Below, piece by piece: positions 10,055-22,231 of a DNA stretch of 32,716 bases. The notes beneath the pieces were generated by a model. That model searched no databases and was not told the DNA's origin. It saw only the letters and a list, made by a program, of their open reading frames with translations. The translations under genes and the position numbers were made by a program. The stretch covers positions 28,466,891 through 28,499,606 of the forward strand of contig NC_068990.1 of the NCBI RefSeq assembly GCF_001194135.2, in the 5' to 3' direction. The stretch is from Octopus bimaculoides (Eukaryota). The number at the start of each line of letters is the position of its first letter. Within the stretch, counting starts at the first letter, position 1.

Positions 10055-10933
10055 TGCAGTCGCTGGTCTTTGTGACGAATCTTTAAGTGATACTACGGGC
10101 ATTATTAAGGATTTAATACATGTGTACAAACATTGTACTCTAGTATTTTGCAAATAAAGTTCACCTTTCCTCCGACCGGTTTCATAGGCATTGAAACTTA
10201 AAGAGATGTTGGCATTGTTATTTCCCACCCCTGACTCATAATTATGTAGTATTGTAAGTGATATTTTTTTATAATTGCATCTTGTAATACATCAGCGTCA
10301 TACTTAATTGTATAGCATCTGAACAATGAAATTATGTTGGTTTTAAAATACAAGACAGACAGAAATGACATAGTACCGGAATGTAGTTAATGATGTACAT
10401 GGCAAATATGACATGTTACATTGTTCCCTATTGAAGTCGACGGTCGTGGCTTTCCGGCAAAATTAGTGAGTTACACATTTCGGTGGATTTGTGTAGATTA
10501 CAAACAACTGCAGAAAACAACAATGCAAATAACCATGACAGTTGGGACCACCTCACGATATTTATAACCAACGACAGACAGCAAATTGAATCATTCACTC
10601 TCCCACACATGCGTAGCGGACACGCTAAGAAGTAAAATATTCGTGACTCTTAAGTATATGCTGTTAATACAGTTATGTATAGAATGTAAGGAAATGTTAC
10701 CAACTATATCTTTACCGATATCAAGAGATAGAACTTACCCCATCGTTAAGATGTGCCTGTAGTTTCTGCATGGAACAACGCATACCTGAGTATTCAGCTC
10801 TAATATTCAAACTTTCTGATATGTTCGAATCAAATATGAAGATTGTTAAATGTTTGATCGCGTTGTTTCAGTTGGATACTTTCAGAAACTTTGGCCGTGA
10901 TCAAAATTATGTCATTACCTTAACGCCGGTTAA

Positions 10934-11155
10934 AGCGGCGATCTGGCAGATTCGTTAGTGTAGTGGACAAAATGTCTAGTAGCATTTGTTTTGACTCTTT
11001 GCGTTCTGGGTTCAAATACCACTGACGTCGATTTTGCTTTCCATGTTTTCAGGGTCGATAAAATAACGTACCAGCTGCGCACTGGGATCTGTGTAATCGA
11101 CCAAACCCCTGCCTCTCCCTAGAATCCCTGATTTATGTCAAAATTTGAAGCCATT
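10934..11155 (+). mobile_element. tRNA-derived SINE, type D (~220 bp)
   Basis: Head GCGGCGATCTGGCAGATTCGTTAG (A-box), B-box GGGTTCAAATACC, and a central TTTCCATGTTTTCAGGGTCGATAAAATAACGTACCAG block resembling the conserved Meta-type SINE domain (from recall). It aligns with the reverse complement of 15232-15436. Confidence 0.8.
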
Positions 11156-12036
11156 TGGTATTACAATCATAAGGCGAGTCTTCTTTGTGGCTAACATATG
11201 ACGACCGTGTATTATCGAATTAAAATGGCGAGTTACGTTAAAGGAACAAATAAACAAAACATCGGGGATGATATATATGTAGTTGGCAATATAATTCATC
11301 ATTTGGTAAAAATCATAATTTTTCCTCTGCCAAAATTCTTCTCCTCTCCATGGAAAAAAAATCTTTTCTAAAGCGACAATCTATGATATTTGATATATAT
11401 AAGTTCAACTTAAAACATACAGCCCATATGTCAAGACATTTACATACTTAACAGCGCTTTTTTCTCCCTTTCGAGTGACAGTAAGAAAATGCAACGTTAA
11501 ATATCAGAACTTGTTCTCGCACACTTTAAAAGATTAATTTCATTTGATAAATATTTTACGAGAAAGTTTGAATTTGCATTTGCAGCAGCACTTTGTCTTG
11601 AAAAGAATTAGAAATTTGACAGAAGCCAGCATGAAATCGTTGATTCTATTTATTTTTTTCAGCAAAATATTATCGTATTTTGCTAGGTTTAGTCTATGTT
11701 TTTTATTCTTTGTTTCGTTGCTGTTGCATTGGAGCAGGTTATGTTTATGAAAACGAAAACAGCAGGAAAGTATATGTGATAAATCGTAGTTATATAGCAG
11801 CAAAAACGAATTAGAAAAAACAAAAAAGTTTCGGTTCATAACTTAAAACTCTTTATCACACACTCACACACACGCACACGCTTGTGTGTGTACTTGCGCG
11901 TGCGTGTGTGCATATGTGCTTGCGTGTGTGAGTGTGTATATTATGTATACATATAAATGTATATAGTTAGATAGCGAGAGAGACGGAGATGCATAATATA
12001 CATACGCACACCCATACATACCTGTGTATGCATGTG

Positions 12037-12082
<46 letters not shown>

Positions 12083-13150
12083 TCGTCTAACTTGGAAAGT
12101 TTGATAATATTGGTATTTGTACCAGTTGAAATGCTGGTTTAATCATGAAAACGCTATATAAATCGACTTTAATAACAAAAAACAAAATGAGTCCGTATTG
12201 TAAAGAATATACGAATATACCTGACATTTCCAAACATGAATTTTTACAGCTGGACAGGCAGTAATCCATCTTGTAGCATCCAACATATACTGCTAACAAT
12301 CGGCCTATATGTTTCAGACTAGCTGAAGTAAATGAACGATCGACCGCACGAACGAAACCTTAGTGTCGGATGTTAGCTTCTCTTTCACGCAACATAATTG
12401 CGGACTTTTTTTCTCAGAATGTTTATAGTTTATTCGTCTCCCTTCTGTCTCTGGGAGTAATTACATGTTTGAATATTTCTTTTGTTCTGTTATGTCTTTT
12501 CTAGTTTCAATCACGCCAGCTACGGTGTGCGTATGTTATTTTCATAACATACATTTTAAGCGCTGTGAGTTATGAGGGTAATAAAAATCTTTAAGCTGTA
12601 AAGAATAGAATTTTTAATAAACTAAAAGAGAACCATCCGAAAATTCTCTAAAATGAATAATACTGACGTTATTAAATAATGTTTTTTTTTTATTTATATA
12701 TATTTTTGTTTTGCAAAAGAAAACATGTAGAGAAATGGATGGAAAAGAGAAGTAGAAGTACGAAGTAACGTCTATCTTTACACAAACTATATGAAAATAT
12801 ATTATTACAAAATCGAATGAGAAGACTTCAATTTTTTCCAGCTTGTTTGTTTGTTTTTAGCAATAAGAGAAGATGAGACGAAAGATTGTTACAACACGAG
12901 ATGACAAAAAATTTCTCATCTTGTTAACAACTTGGAGAAGCTAATATTGAGAAGTAAACAACGTAGAAAACAGAGAAATATAAGCGATTAAAATGCATCA
13001 TTACCATACTTACACATGTATTGGTGTTCATGTGTTTAGTCGGGGAAAAGCCCATAGCTTTTGAATGATGTATCTGATATTTCTCGAAACAAATATCTAT
13101 GGAGCAGTGTTTCTAAGGAAAGTGTATGCGGGTCTCAAGTTTCAGAATGA

Positions 13151-13199
<49 letters not shown>

Positions 13200-13470
13200 N
13201 NNNNNNNNNNNNNNNNNNNNNNNNNNNNNNNNNNNNNNNNNNNNNNNNNNNNNNNNNNNNNNNNNNNNNNNNNNNNNNNNNNNNNNNNNNNNNNNNNNNN
13301 NNNNNNNNNNNNNNNNNNNNNNNNNNNNNNNNNNNNNNNNNNNNNNNNNNNNNNNNNNNNNNNNNNNNNNNNNNNNNNNNNNNNNNNNNNNNNNNNNNNN
13401 NNNNNNNNNNNNNNNNNNNNNNNNNNNNNNNNNNNNNNNNNNNNNNNNNNNNNNNNNNNNNNNNNNNNNN

Positions 13471-13518
<48 letters not shown>

Positions 13519-13808
13519 AAGGAAACTGATCAATGTTTAGTATTGGTATTGGAGGAATGAAGCCAATCAGACAGTATTGGCTTGAGGTGGGGGTGCTGCT
13601 TGCAGCTTTCCAGGAAGAATGTTTAGCAGCAAGAAATTGCTGCCTGCTTCAGGTGAAAGAAATGGAAGTGCTCTGTAGCATGATATGACTGCAGGAAATC
13701 TTTAAAGGTATTATAAGCATTTCTTCTGATGGTGACTAAAAGCCATTGCAATGTCACTAACCCTTCCGTAGAAGCGGCAGATATCTCGTAAATGAATAGT
13801 CAACAACA

Positions 13809-14065
13809 GGAGTGGCTCTGTGATAAGAAGTCTAATTGGTTCCACATGGTTCCGGGTTCAGTCCTACTGCTTGGCACCAAGCTCAAGTGTCCTCTATCGT
13901 AGCCTCGAGCCGACAAAAGCCTTTTGAGTGCGTTTTGTAGACAGTGTCTGTCTGTCTGTCTGCCTATCTGTATGTATGTGTGTATGTATGTATGTATGTA
14001 TGTATGTGTGCATATATGTATCTATGTGTGTGTGTGTATGTGTGTGTGTGTATGTGTGTGTGTGT

Positions 14066-14108
<43 letters not shown>

Positions 14109-14328
14109 CATATATGTTTGTATGAGTGTTTGTCCCGTATCAACGCTTGACATTCGGTGTAGGCGTGTTTATGTCTCCGTAACGTATTTTTTCGGAAAAT
14201 TAGGTCTTTAGAATAAGCACCAGACTTTTAAAAAATAAATATTGCGCTTGATTCGTTAGACTAAAATTGTTAGAGATCTTGCTCCAGCATGGCTATTGGC
14301 TTACGACTAAAATAAAGGAATAAAAAAG
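13809..14328 (+). mobile_element. tRNA-derived SINE, type C, with an internal (TG/TATG)n microsatellite (~13935-14125) and a CR1/L2-like tail
   Basis: Head GGAGTGGCTCTGTGAT...GGGTTCAGTCC (A/B boxes) and a CORE-like GGCACCAAGCTCAAGTGTC block. The 3' half (14125-14328) aligns with the reverse complement of 20446-20650, including CTCCAGCATGG. Confidence 0.75.
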
Positions 14329-14739
14329 CACAACGATAATAGACAAAGCAATAAGAAAGCAAATAGAATACGATATATATATCCTACGCCTAGTAAAATT
14401 AAACAAACATAAGAATCATGAAGTAAATTCTCACTGACTCACAAAGTTATTAACGTCTTATGAAGAGCAAAACATGTGTAACAGCAAACCATGCTCGGTA
14501 GAGGCATTGCAAATGATCGACATGGTCGATCAATAATGACTGCTAACTCGCTCCGTATATCGGTGAGGCCAGAGTTTAATATTTATTCGATTTAGCGATT
14601 GAATTGCTAGCCGTGAAACTAACCTGTGACTGAAGAACTCATACAAACGTATCGTGTTGTTGCATTTCATAGGCTGAATCATCGAGGAATTATATGAATT
14701 TGTAACGTATCCAGTTTATGTTATGCGTAGAGAGACACG

Positions 14740-15124
14740 GTGGAGGCGCAATGGCCCAGTGGTTAGGGCACCGGACTCGCGGTCATAGGATCGCGGTTTC
14801 GATTCCCAGACCAGGCGTTGTGAGTGTTTATTGAGCGAAAACACCTAAAAGCTCCACGAAGCTCCGGCAGGGGATGGTAGCGGACCCTGCTGTACTCTTC
14901 CACCACAACTTTCTCTCACTCTTACTTCCTGTTTCTATTGTATCTGTAATTCAAAGGGTCAGCCTTTTCACACTGTGTCACGCTGAATATCCCCGAGAAC
15001 TACGTTAAGGGTACACATGTCTGTGGAGGGCTCAGACACTTGCAGGTTAATTTCACGAGTAGGCTGTTCCGTTGATCGGATCAACTGGAACCATCGACGT
15101 CGTAAGCGACGGAGTGCCAACAAC
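14740..15124 (+). mobile_element. tRNA-derived SINE, type A, full length with 11-bp target-site duplication
   Basis: A-box TGGCCCAGTGG, B-box GGTTTCGATTCCC and a short (CAA) tail. AGAGAGACACG occurs at 14729-14739 and 15125-15135. Confidence 0.93.
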
Positions 15125-15231
15125 AGAGAGACACGAAATGATAGAGGAGAAAAGACATAGAGAAGGAGAAAAGAAATACAGAGAGAAATACAGAAAAATC
15201 GAATTCAGCAGAGAAGTATACTTTTATATAT

Positions 15232-15436
15232 TGATTTCAAACTTTGGCACAGAGTCAATAATTTCGGGTGAGGGTCAAGTCAAATACAATGACAGTAGTG
15301 TTCAGCTGGTACTTATTTTGGTTACGCTGAAAGGAAGAAATGCAAAGTAGACCGCGGCAGAATTTGAACTCAGAAATTAAAGATGGGCGAAATGCCTTTT
15401 GCCCGGTACACTAACCATTCTGCCAGCTCACTGCCT
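15232..15436 (-). mobile_element. tRNA-derived SINE, type D
   Basis: The reverse complement GGCAGTGAGCTGGCAGAATGGTTAG...GAGTTCAAATTC...AAAATAAGTACCAGCTG...GTGCCAAAGTTTGAAATC aligns with 10934-11155. Confidence 0.8.
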
Positions 15437-16009
15437 TATATGATGATACCAAAAAGGATGACCTGCAAAGCTCACTTTGAATTCAAAACGTACACAGCCG
15501 AAACGAATACCAAGATGTTTTGCCTTTGATGTTGCCATCTCGGTACCCACCCCAACGCCAGATTCCTGGTGTTTCTGGCTGAGTATTACGTCGATTGGTG
15601 CATTCAAAACACCATCTCGAAATAGAATCAGAACCAAAGTGTATGGATACAACTAATCTGAATCAAAACTAACATGAACACACACACACATATATATAAG
15701 TATACATTTATATGCGCGCCGACATATATACATATACATATATATATATATATATACATATATTTATGCAAGTATACATACGTACATGCACACAAGATTC
15801 ATACACTCATCATGAATACACACGCAGTTACAGACATAAATTTTAATAGTCATAAAATGCACACGCTTCAGTATAGATGTTACACGGACACTTTCTACAG
15901 GAATGCAAGTTACTCCGTACGCATACATATGAACAGAAAGCACACACACACACATTAACATATACACGTACACATACACGCACATACACTTATGTGTATG
16001 TATATATAT

Positions 16010-16071
<62 letters not shown>

Positions 16072-16609
16072 GAAATTTACAGAAAAACAAAAGACGAAGA
16101 CAGGTGTATTAGTTTGACGCTCGGGAGGGGGAAAAATTATTTTACGTTTCGAACCCACGCTCTTCAACAGAAAGGAACACGAGGAAATAAACAGAGAGAG
16201 AAAGAAAAAAAAACTCTTGCGGTTAGCGTTATACACAGACAGACAGACAGATAGATAGATGGATACAAACATACTTGCATATATACATTAAACAATATAG
16301 ACGAACAGAAACACCAAAAGCTATCTTGACTTAATCAAAAGCACCTTGTTACTTTGTTAGGGACCGTAAAATCTGTATAGAAAAGCTATCTTAAATAAAA
16401 CCGGATGTAGCCCACAAACATGGTGGACTTCCTGATGTAAACGACAAATGAGTATTTTGTAATTACTTGTTGAACGCCCTGCGCAAATGAGATTTGTTGA
16501 TAGAGATCAAATGTATGTGCTGTACCACAGCTCACTCCGTCCATCCATCAAATCGAAGTTGACTGTACAGATGTACAATTGTACCATATGCCAGATGTCG
16601 ATGTGGTCA

Positions 16610-16700
16610 CACAACAGTGGTAAATGAAGTGTTTTGCTCAAGAACACATCTCGCTGAACAGTTTGGTAATCGAATACACATTAATGCCATCACATTCGCA
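16610..16700 (-). mobile_element. Highly degenerate SINE head/CORE-like fragment
   Basis: The reverse complement contains GTATTCGATTACC (B-box-like) followed by GTGTTCTTGAGCAAAACACTTCATTT (CORE-like block). Confidence 0.45.
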
Positions 16701-16738
16701 CTTTCATATATCTACATATAAGTGTCTCTGTGTATCCC

Positions 16739-16769
<31 letters not shown>

Positions 16770-18092
16770 CCTGTTTGAGCGTATGTGACGGAGCAGGTAG
16801 AGCATGTATACGATTGGAGTTACGTAAGGATTTCATTATGGAATTAAAATGTGCGATGGTAAGTATTTCCGGTGTTCGGTTAACATGGCAAAAACATCTT
16901 GCAGTTTCTCAAATTTAATTTTTCTTGGTGCTTGGGCCAAAGGCATAATTGTTCAACGATACCACTTTTGCGATCATTTCGTTTCAAATTCAAATCTGAC
17001 GAATATGACAAGTGTTCGGTTAAATGCGGCAAAGTCTTATATAAGTGACATTTCGATATTGTAACGGTAAAATGAAATACAATGTAGAAAATCTCTCTGT
17101 TTTTATTTGGAGATGGCTACTGAAGCGATGGACATATGAGCATGTACTCACACGCACGCGCGCAAACAAACACACACACACACACACACACATTCATATA
17201 AATGTGTGTGCGCGAAGCATGTTGATACACTCATCTAATCAGTAGCCCCGTCACCTCCAATAAAACCTGAGAATCTCTACTTTTCCTTATGGATGTACTT
17301 AATTATCTCTCTCTCTCTCTCTTNNNNNNNNNNNNNNNNNNNNNNNNNNNNNNNNNNNNNNNNNNNNNNNNNNNNNNNNNNNNNNNNNNNNNNNNNNNNN
17401 NNNNNNNNNNNNNNNNNNNNNNNNNNNNNNNNNNNNNNNNNNNNNNNNNNNNNNNNNNNNNNNNNNNNNNNNNNNNNNNNNNNNNNNNNNNNNNNNNNNN
17501 NNNNNNNNNNNNNNNNNNNNNNNNNNNNNNNNNNNNNNNNNNNNNNNNNNNNNNNNNNNNNNNNNNNNNNNNNNNNNNNNNNNNNNNNNNNNNNNNNNNN
17601 NNNNNNNNNNNNNNNNNNNNNNNNNNNNNNNNNNNNNNNNNNNNNNNNNNNNNNNNNNNNNNNNNNNNNNNNNNNNNNNNNNNNNNNNNNNNNNNNNNNN
17701 NNNNNNNNNNNNNNNNNNNNNNNNNNNNNNNNNNNNNNNNNNNNNNNNNNNNNNNNNNNNNNNNNNNNNNNNNNNNNNNNNNNNNNNNNNNNNNNNNNNN
17801 NNNNNNNNNNNNNNNNNNNNNNNNNNNNNNNNNNNNNNNNNNNNNNNNNNNNNNNNNNNNNNNNNNNNNNNNNNNNNNNNNNNNNNNNNNNNNNNNNNNN
17901 NNNNNNNNNNNNNNNNNNNNNNNNNNNNNNNNNNNNNNNNNNNNNNNNNNNNNNNNNNNNNNNNNNNNNNNNNNNNNNNNNNNNNNNNNNNNNNNNNNNN
18001 NNNNNNNNNNNNNNNNTATTTATATATATGTATGTATATATATGCATATGTATGTATAAAAATATATTTAACTTTCTCCCTCTCTTTCTCCT

Positions 18093-18130
<38 letters not shown>

Positions 18131-19546
18131 AATCCGTTTAGGTATCTCTCTTCTAAAGTTTGTTATATTTCATTTCATCTTGTTTTTTGTTTGTCTATTT
18201 TATTTATTTATGTTTTTGCTTTAGCCATGCTTATGTAAAGCTTCCTGTTTCAACAGTGTTTAATAATATAACAATGTTAACATTAATGTTTCTATGAAGT
18301 CTATAATTCTGATACACTCTCATGCTATGAAGATATCTGTGTACATATAATCATGTTCATAGACTTCAGACAACTTTTAATAAACATAATTAGCAAACAC
18401 AAGTTTCTGTTTTGTTTTGCTTTATTTAAAAAAAAAATATATTAGAAAAAAAATATAGAAGAAAAAACACAACAGGAAACAAAACAAATGAAAGCAGAAA
18501 CGAAACTCCTGCATGAAAAGTTTCTAGTTACAGTGGGTGAGCTTAAATAAACTACTCGCCTTTGGTTGACTAACACGAGACAGAATATTTACAACGGAAA
18601 TATTGTTAGCTGCTACATTGAACCAGACCAAAGTATTTCGAGGCATCGCTTTTAAGAAGCACACATTTTATTAGTGTTGTCACGTCACCGAAGACTGGGT
18701 TTTTCAATTGATTTGTGTCAAATATCCTTCCAGATAGGTCTCATATTCTAGTTAGTTTTAGAGCAGATATTTGTCTTCTTTATATCCTATTAGATTATGA
18801 AAAAATATATAATAATAATAATAAAAATGATGATGATGATGTTGATGATGATGATAGTAACGAAAAGTGAGAGATTTCAAGCTTTTCAATTTGCTAACAC
18901 ATATCACAGAAGTGACAGGAATAAATCTAAAAAAATGTTTTACAAAAATGAAATTTTGATTATTCGATAAATCACTTAGGTATATCTTCACATACGAAAG
19001 CACATAAAATTAAGTACTTATTCATACACGTAAGTTGAACCAGAACTAAAAGTACATACACGTATGCATGAGAGACATGTTTCTACAGAACTTCTTTCAG
19101 CGCACTTAAGCTGACACTAATTTTTAACAAGTTATCACACATTAGCAATAGCAAAAACAAAAGAAACAGTGTTATAGACACACATCCACACACATACACA
19201 CACACAAATACACTCAGACACACACATAAATGTATATATATATATATATATNNNNNNNNNNNNNNNNNNNNNNNNNNNNNNNNNNNNNNNNNNNNNNNNN
19301 NNNNNNNNNNNNNNNNNNNNNNNNNNNNNNNNNNNNNNNNNNNNNNNNNNNNNNNNNNNNNNNNNNNNNNNNNNNNNNNNNNNNNNNNNNNNNNNNNNNN
19401 NNNNNNNNNNNNNNNNNNNNNNNNNNNNNNNNNNNNNNNNNNNNNNNNNNNNNNNNNNNNNNNNNNNNNNNNNNNNNNNNNNNNNNNNNNNNNNNNNNNN
19501 NNNNNNNNNNNNNNNNNNNNNNNNNNNNNNNNNNNNNNNNNNNNNN

Positions 19547-19729
19547 GTACCTATATTTCAAAGGGCCTGCCTTGTCACACTCTGTGTCAGGCTGAATCTC
19601 TCCCGTGAACTACGTTAAGGGTACACGTGTCTGTGGAATACTCAGCCACTTGCACGTTAATTTCACGAGGGGGTTGTTCCATTGATTGGATCAACTGGGA
19701 CCCTCGTCGTCGTAACTGACGGAGTGCCA
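19547..19729 (+). mobile_element. 3' module of SINE type A/B; 5' part lost in the N gap
   Basis: GTACCTATATTTCAAAGGGCC...GAACTACGTTAAGGGTACACGTGTCTGTGG...GACGGAGTGCCA is a close match to 14940-15119. Confidence 0.88.
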
Positions 19730-19743
19730 CATATTTATATACC

Positions 19744-19781
<38 letters not shown>

Positions 19782-20445
19782 GTTAGATTATGTAGTGATT
19801 CACGTTCAACAACATACCCAACAACAACAACAAGCTACCTAAGGTGGAGGCTGATTAATTACTCGATATTATTGTAGTTGTAGTTAATGAGCAAGGCTTT
19901 CGCATATTCAGGTTGTTAAAATTAAAATTAGAATTAAGATACACAAATAAATAGAAGAAAAACACATAAATAAATAAATACTTGTTTCAAAAATGCAGTC
20001 AACCATAAAAATATAATTAGATAAATAGAGACAACGAGAAAATTTCACTGAAAACAGCAGAAAGAACAACAACAACAACACGATAATACGAAACTACACT
20101 TGCCAAATTCATTTCAATAACAAGTATGTAAAGTTTAAAAAAATAAAATTTTAATGCATCGACAATGATAAAATATTTTCTCACCTAGAATATGATCTGA
20201 GTATGTAGTGTTAAAGCTACACATTTTTTTGTTTCGGTACATTATTAGACACTTTCAGCTTTCATGTAATAATGCTATTATTGCCTCCTCACTTTATTTG
20301 AAATTGTTGTATCGGTGAAAACCAGTGTAAAACGCAGTTTAATGTCCAAATGTTTGCCGCTGTAATTTGTACGATAGAACAGTCTATTCCAGGAACCTCG
20401 AACCTAGAAGTTCAAGATCAGTTTCGCCAATGGCTGTTTCGTCTA

Positions 20446-20650
20446 TCTTTTACTTGTTTCACTCATTAGGCTACGACCATGCTGGAGACTTTTAGTCGGA
20501 CTAATCAACGTCAGTACTTTTATATTTTTGGCAAAGGCTGATACTTATTCTACCGTTTTCTTTTTGCCGAACTGCTAAGCTATAAGAAGAAAACACACCA
20601 GCATCGGTTCTCATGCGTTGGGGATGGACAAACACAGACTCAAAGACACG
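20446..20650 (-). mobile_element. 3' half of SINE type C, running into its (CA)n internal microsatellite and an N gap
   Basis: The reverse complement aligns with 14125-14328 (TTTGTCC...GTGT...CGGCAAAAAG...TAGAATAAGT...GACTAAAA...CTCCAGCATGG...GAAACAAGTAAAAGA). Confidence 0.78.
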
Positions 20651-20660
20651 TGAACACACA

Positions 20661-20712
<52 letters not shown>

Positions 20713-21087
20713 NNNNNNNNNNNNNNNNNNNNNNNNNNNNNNNNNNNNNNNNNNNNNNNNNNNNNNNNNNNNNNNNNNNNNNNNNNNNNNNNNNNNNNNN
20801 NNNNNNNNNNNNNNNNNNNNNNNNNNNNNNNNNNNNNNNNNNNNNNNNNNNNNNNNNNNNNNNNNNNNNNNNNNNNNNNNNNNNNNNNNNNNNNNNNNNN
20901 NNNNNNNNNNNNNNNNNNNNNNNNNNNNNNNNNNNNNNNNNNNNNNNNNNNNNNNNNNNNNNNNNNNNNNNNNNNNNNNNNNNNNNNNNNNNNNNNNNNN
21001 NNNNNNNNNNNNNNNNNNNNNNNNNNNNNNNNNNNNNNNNNNNNNNNNNNNNNNNNNNNATATATATATATATATATATATATATAA

Positions 21088-21540
21088 TCTTTTATTTTTT
21101 ACTGGTTTCAGCCCAGGGCTGAGGTCATGCTGGAGGGATCACATGTAGTTACTCGGTGTTGTTTCCGATATTGTTTTTGGTGAAGTAGCGACTGGACGGA
21201 GCTGCTCTTCTTTACGTCTCCTGTCGCGATGTGGGTTCATCTGGTATGTCTGACAGAAACTGTCCAGACGTTCCTTGAAAACACCATGTAGATCTCTAAG
21301 GTTTCCTGGAAGGATGTTGAACAACTGCGGGCCATTGAAACCCAGACAATTGCAGTACTGTGTCCGTCTTTTAGATGATAAGGACGGGATCTTTGGTATG
21401 ATGCGGTGCCGACCACTTCGAGAATTTGTATAGCTGTCAATTCCAAAATTGGAGGTAAACCCTCCAAGATCTTCCAGTATATATCACCGCATATATCTCA
21501 CGTCTTCTCTCCAGACCAGAATAGAGATAGAGATAATTGG
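21088..21540 (-). mobile_element. 5'-truncated CR1/L2-group LINE: ORF2 C-terminus and 3' tail
   Basis: Frameshifted translation: LERRRE..AVI / YWKILEGL / PNFGIDSYTNSRSGRHRIIPKIPSLSSKRRTQYCNCLGFNGPQLFNILPGNLRDLHGVFKERLDSF / SDIPDEP. This fits the CR1-group post-RT pattern LERRR...WKI..G...GPxLFNxLP...FKxxLD...PDxP. Confidence 0.88.
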
Positions 21541-21698
21541 CGACACAGATCTATACTATACAATTTTGAAAATTTAATGTGCTATATTTTAGAACATAAT
21601 TAATTCTAATTAATTCTTATATATTCGTTGTGCATTTTTAAATTCATTTCTTTTACTCGTCCGCTTGTTTTGATTACTAAGAGTTCATATATATACAT

Positions 21699-21744
<46 letters not shown>

Positions 21745-21964
21745 ACCCCAACACATTCACTACTACTATAAAAACAGACAGATCCCCTGAAGTAAAATCC
21801 TATTTTGAAGAACCTACAAGAATAGGTACAGGCGCTAATATTTATAAAACATGTGACATATTGATAAAAATCTGTAATTGTACAACCATCCAGATATCTG
21901 AGTACCTTATTATTTTTTCCAATATATAATTCCTGAAAATCACCTCCAAACCTTCCAATATATT

Positions 21965-21998
<34 letters not shown>

Positions 21999-22165
21999 TG
22001 TTTGTATTATGTATGTATGTATAATTCCATAATCTAACTTTGATAGATATGATACATCCGAATGTGCCTCAATCATATTCAAGCGCGGTAATTTTTTTTA
22101 CGGAAATGTACTTTGTTATATACTAGCCATAGCAACACACACACACACACATACACACACATACA

Positions 22166-22231
<66 letters not shown>

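Noticed and set aside
11540-11839. Overlapping ORFs on both strands
   Set aside because: Low-complexity A/T-rich sequence giving K/N/F/L-biased peptides with no motif.
12087-12299. ORF with WSC-domain-like words (YVGCYK ... CKNSC ... LQYG)
   Set aside because: The spacing between GCY and the next Cys pair is too short and the terminal ECxCG motif is absent; probably coincidental. An HMM search against the WSC profile would settle it.
14740-14812. tRNA-like sequences with A and B boxes (also at 1200-1274, 3080-3154, 10934, 13809, 29402)
   Set aside because: They continue into SINE bodies and lack a clean acceptor stem or cloverleaf, so they are SINE heads, not tRNA genes.
16838-16866. ATG...ATG|GTAAGT possible exon end (MELKCAM)
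   Set aside because: GTAAGT is expected several times by chance in this composition, and there is no clear acceptor or recognisable peptide.
16870-17035. GTGTTCGGTTAA repeated about 140 bp apart
   Set aside because: Only two short copies with no array structure, so it is not a CRISPR or tandem repeat; likely chance or an old local duplication.
21606-22082. 158-aa minus-strand ORF
   Set aside because: A large part runs through (TA)n and (CATA)n repeats, and the unique core resembles no family I recognise.
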